IMG/VR virus record: IMGVR_UViG_3300036859_000051
Location: 1 to 55,452 of that record
Origin: a virus
Lineage: Duplodnaviria > Caudoviricetes
Reading direction: 5' to 3' (one strand)
DNA: 55,452 bases
Below the pieces are notes generated by a model, which made no database searches, was not told where the DNA came from, and saw nothing but the letters and a program-made list of their open reading frames with translations. Positions within the stretch are counted from its first letter, which is position 1; every line of letters starts with the position of its first letter. This document shows positions 36,434-44,397 of this stretch, in pieces. Position numbers and translations under genes: made by a program.

Positions 36434-37291
36434 TCAATCCTCGATAGTCGCTTTGCCTTGTGACATTTCCGAAGCGATCTTCGCGCGCTCCGGCGAATTC
36501 AGCGGCAAGGCGTCGAATTCGGCCCGCTTCATTACCCGCTTACCGCCCGGTCCAACACCGCCCTTGCCATCGTTGCCCGAGCCAGAATTGTTGGCGCCCT
36601 TCAAGACGGCATTCTTGTTCGGATACTCGTTGACGATGATTTCCATCGCTTCATCGAACGTCGCGACTTCCCCGGCACGCTGCGTTGAATAGAGCGGCCC
36701 GGAACCATCCGCCTTCATCGCAACGACACGATCATTTTCGATCTTGAAGCGATTGCCGAACGTCGCTTGAGCGATATCAGACGGGATGGTCAATTTCTCG
36801 GTGATGAATTTCGATCCGCCGAACGCCGACGCGACTAGGACGCCGTGAAGCTTGCTTTCGTATGTGTCGCCACGCTTCGTTGCATCAGCGAGCTTTGTTT
36901 CATACGACTTGGCGACTTCCGCGCGAACTTCGTCAACCTTGCCCGCGTCAATGAGCGTCTTGTCTTTCAGCTTGCCGACCGTAGCAATCGCTTCCGCCGC
37001 TGCCTTAGCGTCGGTAACGCCCGCGTCGGTGAATTCCTTAACCTTGGCTTCGGCCGTCTCGGCACGCTGCCTATGGCCCATCGCTTCGCCGTTGAGACGC
37101 GTAATCGTGTCACCTGCAACAGTCTGCTCGACACCGGCCGCCGTGATCCATATCGGATTGCCGTCCTTCGTTTCAAACTTCCCGTCAGCGTCGGTTTTCC
37201 ATTTGCCCTTGTCACCGTCGAAAAACCCGACACGAGAAATACGCATCGAACGCCCGATCCATGCGAGCGGAACCCCTTTGAACGTAATCAT
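36434..37291 (-). CDS. Capsid scaffolding protein (DUF6651-like)
   Basis: DG.P, I.RLNGEA..HR, LIDAG.V, F..SKFI..K, A.FDEA, GSG; follows the portal; SD GAGGT. Confidence 0.85.
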   Translation of the reverse strand: MITFKGVPLAWIGRSMRISRVGFFDGDKGKWKTDADGKFETKDGNPIWITAAGVEQTVAGDTITRLNGEAMGHRQRAETAEAKVKEFTDAGVTDAKAAAEAIATVGKLKDKTLIDAGKVDEVRAEVAKSYETKLADATKRGDTYESKLHGVLVASAFGGSKFITEKLTIPSDIAQATFGNRFKIENDRVVAMKADGSGPLYSTQRAGEVATFDEAMEIIVNEYPNKNAVLKGANNSGSGNDGKGGVGPGGKRVMKRAEFDALPLNSPERAKIASEMSQGKATIED

Positions 37292-37338
37292 ACCTCAGTC
37301 ACCTTTCATTGCGCGTCGCGCGCTTGCACCGGTTGGCG

Positions 37339-38910
37339 TCACGCCCCGGCATTCGGCAGAACAGGCGGAACCACCTGCTTAATGGGAAGCCCGGTTATTG
37401 GATCAACCTCCCCTTCATCTTCGGTCGGACCTTCGTCCAAAATTGCTTGTTCTTCATCGTCCGGATCAAAATCCGGTGAGAGGATATCCCGACGCTTTAG
37501 TTCCTTCCAAAGCGTCCGCTGCGACAAATCACCGGCCGCCCGAGCATCTTTCAGCGCCGTGACAGCAACCGCGCCGTTGTCACCGTCAACATCGAAATCG
37601 GTGAATACCTTCGTATTGATCTTTTCAACCATTTCGTCGCGCGGCAGACCGTACCACATGGCCGTAAGGATCAACGCGTTATCAAGCGCATCCTCCAAAC
37701 CAAATGCCCACATTTGGACAGCGGAATTTCCCTTCTTTCCGGCAACCGCAGCCGTGATGACCGTGATGTTCCCCGATTGCGCGGTGAGCGGATTGCGCCC
37801 TAGCTCGCGAAGCTGGTTGATTGTCTTTTCAACATCGCTTTGGAGGAACGTTAGCGACTGTGCGGACGGTTCGATCAACTCCCATGATCCGACATTGCCG
37901 TTGCCATCGGTAGGCGCGTAAAGGACGCGCATCGGCCCGACGTTGACCGGCTTGGTTGTTCCATCCGGGTTCTTATCGGGTTTGACACCGTTGCCCGTAA
38001 GCATCGGATAAGCGGTAAGCGTTTTGATCCATTTCAATCCGCTTTCCTGCAAATACAATTCGATTTGCAAATCCGCTGCGTCTCGCATTGGCGGATGAAC
38101 GAACCAAGTGCGACCATTGCGACGACCCGTCACAAACGCCACCATCGGAATTACACCGATGGTGAAAACACCTTGATCGATCTGATACCAAATGGTTGGT
38201 TGACCGACACCGGTCGGAAGCTTGCTTTTGTCTTGCTCCCATAGCTCCCAACGGGCGCCTAATTCGTCTCGGATCATGATCCGAATATGGTTGGGATCGC
38301 CCGGTTCCATGATCCGCATGTAAGTCAATTCTTCGTTCCCGGCAATCACGGCGGATTGCGCTTCAAGAACGTTGATTGCTTTGACATGCGACCAAAACGG
38401 CCGAATACCGGATTTCCGTTCTTCCTCTATCGAGCGCGGCGCGGTCGACACTGGAACTTTCGGATAGTCAACGAAAATCCAATCGATAGCGTCGTTGATC
38501 CCGTTGAAAAACGTCGCAGCGGCAAACACGGTGAGATTGTTGTTCGCGCCATCAACGTTGCCGATGAAGTCGGTCAACTGTTCAGGCAACGTGCCTAATG
38601 TCTCGTCTGTCGCGACTTCATTTTCGAAAGGTTTCGATGCGAGCCCTTCAACAACATCACGATAAATGTTGGTGAATTTGGTGAGCGACAAACGGAATTT
38701 GTATTCCGTATCCGGTTCGTTGGGAAATTTCGGCAGATATTTTTCGCCCGCGTCGCGGATCGCTTTGGCGCCACGAACGATGGTGTCAACTTGCTCCCAA
38801 TACGGGCACATAGCGGCATGATCTACAGACGATTTGTCTAGGTTCTCACGCTGCGTCGCGGACAGTGCCGTTTCGCCATCGAAGAACGCGACCCGCTCAA
38901 TTCGCGCCAT
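37339..38910 (-). CDS. Portal protein (DUF4055-like)
   Basis: YLPKFP.E....Y..RL....F.N, PP..D.A.L; follows TerL. Confidence 0.9.
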   Translation of the reverse strand: MARIERVAFFDGETALSATQRENLDKSSVDHAAMCPYWEQVDTIVRGAKAIRDAGEKYLPKFPNEPDTEYKFRLSLTKFTNIYRDVVEGLASKPFENEVATDETLGTLPEQLTDFIGNVDGANNNLTVFAAATFFNGINDAIDWIFVDYPKVPVSTAPRSIEEERKSGIRPFWSHVKAINVLEAQSAVIAGNEELTYMRIMEPGDPNHIRIMIRDELGARWELWEQDKSKLPTGVGQPTIWYQIDQGVFTIGVIPMVAFVTGRRNGRTWFVHPPMRDAADLQIELYLQESGLKWIKTLTAYPMLTGNGVKPDKNPDGTTKPVNVGPMRVLYAPTDGNGNVGSWELIEPSAQSLTFLQSDVEKTINQLRELGRNPLTAQSGNITVITAAVAGKKGNSAVQMWAFGLEDALDNALILTAMWYGLPRDEMVEKINTKVFTDFDVDGDNGAVAVTALKDARAAGDLSQRTLWKELKRRDILSPDFDPDDEEQAILDEGPTEDEGEVDPITGLPIKQVVPPVLPNAGA

Positions 38911-40684
38911 AACTGCCCATCACCGCAATCGCAAAATCAGTTGGTAACGGGAAATACGCCATAACAATAGCGTCCGCAAGATTAGGTGACTTTGTATTAT
39001 CCGGTTTTTTGTCAATAACCATTTTCAACGATCCGGACGAAAAACCACGCGTTGGTTGCGCCAACTCTGTTTTGACTTGGGCAATCAACGGTATCTTGCT
39101 ATCCAGCGAGATTAACATATCGACCGGATATCGAATGGTCGGATCGGTCACGCATTGATAAGTATGCCAACACCGCGTCCGCAGCGACCACCACGCTTGC
39201 GCCTTCAAGTTGTAGTAGAAATCTTTATTCAGCGGGCTTTCATCATCATCTTCAATCACTCGAAAGAAAGGATTGAGAACTTTAGCGCCCGCGTTCCAAG
39301 GAACTAGCTTTGGAAACTGTTCCCATTCCTTCAAATACTCCGGACGAAGGAAAGAACCATTCGGTGTCCGCTTCGGATCGAACAATTCTTCAACGAAGCG
39401 GTTCCACTCCGATTTGACCGTTGAGCCAACACCGATGCAATCATATTGGCACTCGATACCGGGATGCTCGCGCAACTCAGCAACCGTGTTGCGCGTCGTC
39501 ACACCAACGTCACGCGATCCCCATTCTTTACACACTCGGAGGATGATCGATTGACGTTTGGCGAGCGCGTTTCGGTCAATACCACCGTCCGCCACGTCAA
39601 GCGCCGCACCCCAATTGTTCGACTTCGCTTCATCGGCGAGCCAAGGCAGCTTGATATGTGCGTCAACAATGGCTTCGATCCATTCACCGGGAATGACCGT
39701 GTTCGCTACGGACGCGGCATAATTCCGATCCACTTCCTGCGCAAAGATATGTTCCAATCCTTCGTTGATGTATCGAGCTTTGCGCCGGTCATACCATTCT
39801 TGCGTTTTTTCCGGATGATCGCGCCAATCAATGATGAATTTGCGCGTCATACCCTTTTCGAACACCGCGTCAGGCGTCCAAGTCTGCGCGGCTTGGGCGC
39901 GTCGATAAAACACGTTGCCCATGCCGTTGACCGACGACACGTCGATTTGAACGTTCGTGTTGTCGCCTAGCGCCGCTTCGATCTTCTCCGGTCGTTCGTA
40001 ATGTGCACTCTCGTCTTTGAAGTAGATCGATTTACGACCGCCGCGCCCAATTTCATCACCACTTTCACCCGCGATGGTTGAGCCATTCGCCGGGTTCAAC
40101 AATTTCATGTATGTCGAGTGTTTTTTCGGATCGAAACCGACTGGTAAGAACACGTCGGGCAAACGCGAGACGAGTAATCTAATCTTTTCAAAAATGCTGT
40201 CGGGAATACCGAGCTTGTCAACCAAATCTTCTTTGCGCGATCCCCAACCAATCGCAATGTTGTCAGCAAACAACCACGCTGCAACAGACCATGCGCAGAA
40301 TTCCCATGTCACACCTACGTCACGGCATTTTTCAACAATGCCGTTTTCTTGATCGGTCATGCACCCATTGAGAAACGTCAACAGATCGGCTTGGCGTGGA
40401 AAGAAGATGAAGGGCATCCATTTCAACCCTTCCGTTTTTCGCGGATTGAACGTATCCATCCAATCCATGATGAATTCGCCATAATGTTCCGGCTTGGCGT
40501 AATACGCCTTTGCCCCGGCGAGCTTTATGGGATCGTTTCTTAGCTCAGCGAGCTTCCGCAAGCGCCACGCATAGACGGCACGGTAATCAGGCGGCCAATG
40601 CTCATGCGGCACCACGCGCGGGCGCCATGGCACCACGGAAAGCGATCTAGGACGACGTGCCCACGCGAACAGATCAATCGTCAC
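38897..40684 (-). CDS. terL: Terminase large subunit
   Basis: PRQ, EKCRDVG.TW, YFKDE, ALDVADGG.D, YD.IGVG, SPNLADA. Confidence 0.92.
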   Translation of the reverse strand: MTIDLFAWARRPRSLSVVPWRPRVVPHEHWPPDYRAVYAWRLRKLAELRNDPIKLAGAKAYYAKPEHYGEFIMDWMDTFNPRKTEGLKWMPFIFFPRQADLLTFLNGCMTDQENGIVEKCRDVGVTWEFCAWSVAAWLFADNIAIGWGSRKEDLVDKLGIPDSIFEKIRLLVSRLPDVFLPVGFDPKKHSTYMKLLNPANGSTIAGESGDEIGRGGRKSIYFKDESAHYERPEKIEAALGDNTNVQIDVSSVNGMGNVFYRRAQAAQTWTPDAVFEKGMTRKFIIDWRDHPEKTQEWYDRRKARYINEGLEHIFAQEVDRNYAASVANTVIPGEWIEAIVDAHIKLPWLADEAKSNNWGAALDVADGGIDRNALAKRQSIILRVCKEWGSRDVGVTTRNTVAELREHPGIECQYDCIGVGSTVKSEWNRFVEELFDPKRTPNGSFLRPEYLKEWEQFPKLVPWNAGAKVLNPFFRVIEDDDESPLNKDFYYNLKAQAWWSLRTRCWHTYQCVTDPTIRYPVDMLISLDSKIPLIAQVKTELAQPTRGFSSGSLKMVIDKKPDNTKSPNLADAIVMAYFPLPTDFAIAVMGSYGAN

Positions 40685-40869
40685 GGATAGTCGCCGAACA
40701 AGCTGCGTCGATTGCTATTAGCGACGTGCAAGAAAATGTCCGTGTCGATTTGATGGAACACGTACATCACGCATGGCAAACCCGTTGCGGGATGACGAGA
40801 TAGTTGCGCATTCTCCGGCCCAAACGTGAGCATCACCCGAACACCCGGCGCTATGATGAAAGTGATCAA
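40681..40869 (-). CDS. Hypothetical protein
   Basis: GTGA overlaps on both sides. Confidence 0.6.
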   Translation of the reverse strand: MITFIIAPGVRVMLTFGPENAQLSRHPATGLPCVMYVFHQIDTDIFLHVANSNRRSLFGDYP

Positions 40870-41126
40870 AATTTTGATCCCTTCGTCTTAGGCAATACGC
40901 CCAAGCGCTGCAACAGGTTGTAGACCGGGCGAAAGAGGATCATGAGGAATACCGCGAACGCCAAGATCGGTGCAAGCCATCCCATTTCTTGCTGAACCGC
41001 CTGCGTCGTCACGCAATCCAGCAACGCACCATCGGAGCCGCCATCGTCATGGATCGTGCAACACGTCGCGAAATTGATCTTACCAATAGCATCGGGAAAG
41101 CCGGTGCATCCGTCGGTTTCAATCAT
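40866..41126 (-). CDS. Small PLA2-motif membrane protein
   Basis: TDGCT..PD, CCTIHD, D..L.DCV, then one TM helix. Confidence 0.55.
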   Translation of the reverse strand: MIETDGCTGFPDAIGKINFATCCTIHDDGGSDGALLDCVTTQAVQQEMGWLAPILAFAVFLMILFRPVYNLLQRLGVLPKTKGSKF

Positions 41127-41347
41127 TCACCATATTCCCTCAAAACATGCCGATAAATCCAAGCTTCAATCGTGTCACGATCTTCATCGGTCAACGTGAC
41201 CGTTCGACCACTCTCATATTCCCAAGCATCAATTACTGATGCGCCTTCTCCCTGCCATTTCCAATCGATATCGATCAATGGCCCGACACCATCGATTTGC
41301 CACAGCGGGGACGCGTAAGGCTTGGTGATGATCGGACGGATGGTCAT
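41123..41347 (-). CDS. Hypothetical protein
   Basis: ATGA overlaps on both sides. Confidence 0.7.
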   Translation of the reverse strand: MTIRPIITKPYASPLWQIDGVGPLIDIDWKWQGEGASVIDAWEYESGRTVTLTDEDRDTIEAWIYRHVLREYGE

Positions 41348-41772
41348 TCGCGCCAATCCACTTTGCGCAGACGCTTCGACAGCGACGAATAGATTGTCGG
41401 ATAGTCGCAAAGAACGATCCGACCTTCATACATGCCGAAGTTCTCCCGTTTAATGTCCATGATCCATGATGGAAGCTTTTCCGGCAAGGCGCCATGCAAC
41501 GGTTTCGCACGTTTTTGCAGTAACACCGCGCCGTTGCTCGATATCGCAACGCATGGTGCGAGCCATCGATTGTAATCCGGCATTTCGCTTAATTCATTCC
41601 AATTTTGCCACTCCGCCACGTTGGAAAAGCTTTGGGCGTTTGGTTCGATCTTGACGACTAATGTCGGATCGATCCGACAATTAAACACATGTCGGTGAAT
41701 ACCGCGACCGATCTTCTTACCGAGTAAAACGGTCGACAATTCACGCAATATGAATTCGCTTAACGGTTTCAT
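41344..41772 (-). CDS. Minimal protein-kinase-like protein
   Basis: IGRG..R.VF, VVK, N..EW, DIKRENFG, CDY in canonical order. Confidence 0.7.
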   Translation of the reverse strand: MKPLSEFILRELSTVLLGKKIGRGIHRHVFNCRIDPTLVVKIEPNAQSFSNVAEWQNWNELSEMPDYNRWLAPCVAISSNGAVLLQKRAKPLHGALPEKLPSWIMDIKRENFGMYEGRIVLCDYPTIYSSLSKRLRKVDWRE

Positions 41773-42056
41773 TTCGGCGCGTTCCCCACGGATACTCTAA
41801 TCGGCGGATGCGCGACGCCAACCAACGTTACATAGATCGGTGCACCCTTGGCGAGTGCGTCAAGTTCATCGGGCGTTGGGAACCACACAGTTTGCATCGT
41901 CGGACACACACCGTTGACCGGATTGAACCCCATGACATGCAACATATGAGGAAGATCGCCAAGGTTCTGCGCTTCTTCACGAACCGGCAAACCATGATAA
42001 CCTTGCGACTTACCCAACACGCGTTGAGCGCCTTCAATTCGACCAATGTGCATCAC
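41769..42056 (-). CDS. Hypothetical phage protein
   Basis: W.PTP.EL..L..GA......G..HPP; overlap-coupled. Confidence 0.75.
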   Translation of the reverse strand: MMHIGRIEGAQRVLGKSQGYHGLPVREEAQNLGDLPHMLHVMGFNPVNGVCPTMQTVWFPTPDELDALAKGAPIYVTLVGVAHPPIRVSVGNAPK

Positions 42057-42310
42057 ATCGCCTCCAATTCACGAATACGACGCTTTACCGCGCTCATGAT
42101 CTGCTTACCGTCTTTTTCATGATGTTTGCTGTGCGCGGTGCAAATCACACCAATCGACTTACCAGCAAGCACTACGCGACGATGCTTCGTTCCGGGTTCA
42201 ATGGACCACGGCCACGGCAGCGTTGACAGGTATTCGCGCAACTCACGCTCAACCTTCGAGACATGGCCCTTAGGCGTTCCCGGCACCGCTCCAATTCCAG
42301 CATATCTCAT
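42053..42310 (-). CDS. Small basic protein, weak HicA-like pattern
   Basis: W.IE.G.KH..V.L.G; ATGA overlap with TerS. Confidence 0.55.
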   Translation of the reverse strand: MRYAGIGAVPGTPKGHVSKVERELREYLSTLPWPWSIEPGTKHRRVVLAGKSIGVICTAHSKHHEKDGKQIMSAVKRRIRELEAM

Positions 42311-42990
42311 GACGCTTCATCCTCTCTCAATGATTGTGCATAAGCTTCGGCGGCTTGTTCGGCCGTCATGTTTTGATCGATCTTAGTCGAACTATTCGGC
42401 GCGTTGACCTGCGTAATTTTCAATTGTTCCGGCGCATACAATCCAAGACGCTTCATCGCTTTGTCAAGAGCGCTTAATTTGTCGTGCAACTTGAATTTGA
42501 ATTTCTTGACTTCGCGCGCACCATCGCCGCGACCTTCCATATAGGTTTCGACCGTGATTTCACCGACCGCTGCCATTTGTTCGCGCGTCACTTCATGAAA
42601 ATCAAAGATCGGTTCACCACTCGACCGATCAATGAAATCATCAATATTGGCATAAGCGATCTTTGCGACTTCCGCTAGAACGCGATCCGCCGTTAAATTC
42701 CATTCTTCCGATTTGATCTTCATCCGCTCGGCAATGGCAGCTTGCACCATCGGGCGTTTGATGAAGTCGAGCGCACGCGCTCCGGCCGCGCTAAGCCCTT
42801 GCTTGGAGCCATCGGCGAACACAGGGAAAGCGGCTAATGCCGATCCGGTCGCGTCATCCGTTGCGACATACGCATCAACGAAAGCACGTTCAGTCGGTCG
42901 CAATTGATCGTATGCCGTGCGGAACTCAGCAACCGGCGCAATCGCATCGATCAAAATATCATTAGCCATATCGTTGACAGTCTTAACCAT
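42307..42990 (-). CDS. terS: Terminase small subunit (start uncertain)
   Basis: FVDAY, P.V..AI, TADRVL.E...IA.ANI.D, K.KLHDK..AL. Confidence 0.85.
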   Translation of the reverse strand: MVKTVNDMANDILIDAIAPVAEFRTAYDQLRPTERAFVDAYVATDDATGSALAAFPVFADGSKQGLSAAGARALDFIKRPMVQAAIAERMKIKSEEWNLTADRVLAEVAKIAYANIDDFIDRSSGEPIFDFHEVTREQMAAVGEITVETYMEGRGDGAREVKKFKFKLHDKLSALDKAMKRLGLYAPEQLKITQVNAPNSSTKIDQNMTAEQAAEAYAQSLREDEAS

Positions 42991-43041
42991 GTTTGATCCG
43001 TTTCGGACGCGCAACCCGAATGATCACGCGTCCGATTTGGT

Positions 43042-43974
43042 TTAGTTGCTGTTCTGCGTCTCAAGTAGATGCGCCTCATCGATATCGGCGCCTGTCGTGC
43101 CATCACCCTTGTCAGGCACAACACCCGGCGCCCGAACGACCCAACGATCCGTCGGAGAACGCACGATCACAATGTTCACGCCCGACGCTGCCGTGACACG
43201 TATCCGACCATCTGCCGTCAACGTCAACCCGCCGTCGTCGGCAACGAACAAATCGACCGCATTGACACCGCCCAAGTCGAGCAACGGAATGCCTTCGTGA
43301 TCGGCATTGAGCCCGGCGCGAAGATGCTCCCTCGCACCTTCGGCTTTCCAATGCTCGACATGAGCGTCCCAAGCGTCGCGGCCAATCTTGATCGGTTGAT
43401 CGAAATAGAACGGTTCCGTCTCGGGCATGGCAAGTTCCGCAACACCCTTCAACGTCGCGTCCGCAGCGGCTTCACCGGTCGCATCGATCAAACTCGATAT
43501 GTTTGCCCCGCGTGCAACATAGGTATCCTCGGCAACCGACATAAAACCGTGCTTAGCCGCCTCACGAATAGCGTTGTCGTAATGCTCCGCCGCGCCCTTG
43601 TCACCAACAACGGCATTCGCGAACGCTGTGACACCTTCGTAAAGCTTGATTGCGCCCGCATGTTCGATCAATACATCGTTTCGAACACGTTCACGATCCG
43701 CAGCAAGCAATTCAGGTTCCGGCGCCTTCGGATCGATCAACGCTATCTTGATCGCTACAGCATCGGAAAGATCGGCTTGGCCCTTGGCATATCCAGCACC
43801 AATGGCCGCTTCAAACCATTGCACGGCTAATGACTTAAAATCCGCCGACGCCTGATCACCATCCGTCGTTTCAACGATCTTAACAAACGCATCGGCCCAT
43901 TTGGACGCATCGGTTCCGATCACGTCAATCGCAGCCGGTTCATCGGTGTTCGATATCTTCTGTGGCTTCTTCAT
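43042..43974 (-). CDS. Acidic hypothetical protein, first gene of the late arm
   Basis: SD AAAGGA before ATG 43974; DA..WA..F......WF..AI motif. Confidence 0.7.
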   Translation of the reverse strand: MKKPQKISNTDEPAAIDVIGTDASKWADAFVKIVETTDGDQASADFKSLAVQWFEAAIGAGYAKGQADLSDAVAIKIALIDPKAPEPELLAADRERVRNDVLIEHAGAIKLYEGVTAFANAVVGDKGAAEHYDNAIREAAKHGFMSVAEDTYVARGANISSLIDATGEAAADATLKGVAELAMPETEPFYFDQPIKIGRDAWDAHVEHWKAEGAREHLRAGLNADHEGIPLLDLGGVNAVDLFVADDGGLTLTADGRIRVTAASGVNIVIVRSPTDRWVVRAPGVVPDKGDGTTGADIDEAHLLETQNSN

Positions 43975-44180
43975 TTGGTCAAATCCTTTCCATTGTTGAC
44001 CGTCGAACTCGTTATCAGCGTTCGCCACGTTTTTCAACGTCGCGACAACCGAACTCCCCTGCGCTGTGATACCCGATTAAGCCGATCAAGATTGTAATCT
44101 CGACCTACTCAATAGGGTAACTAACATGTTAGTATTCTAGCATCCTAGCATTTTACAGCCTCATTTCGGTAACTGCGGCA

Positions 44181-44397
44181 ACTTCATCAACTTTCACCAA
44201 GATCGTGAAGTCGTTTAAGCCCGGAAATCCGGGCGTTTCGGACGCCACTTCATCAACTTCATCAACTTTCTATATCTAGAGAAGAGAGATAAAGAAGGGG
44301 GAGCGCGTATCCCACGGGGGAATAGGCGGAAACCACTTGAAGTTGGCGAAGTTGATGAAGTCGCCTTGATTTCCGGGGCTTTCCGAACTTCATCAAC
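44181..44397. repeat. Iteron-like ACTTCATCA repeats within a large imperfect inverted repeat; candidate replication origin
   Basis: Direct copies at 44181, 44247, 44256, 44387; inverted copy at 44353; purine-rich spacer; adjacent to the primase-helicase gene. Confidence 0.7.

Noticed and set aside
36845-37921. 358-aa plus-strand ORF and similar long antisense ORFs (e.g. 43069-43830)
   Set aside because: They overlap well-supported minus-strand genes and have no protein-like features
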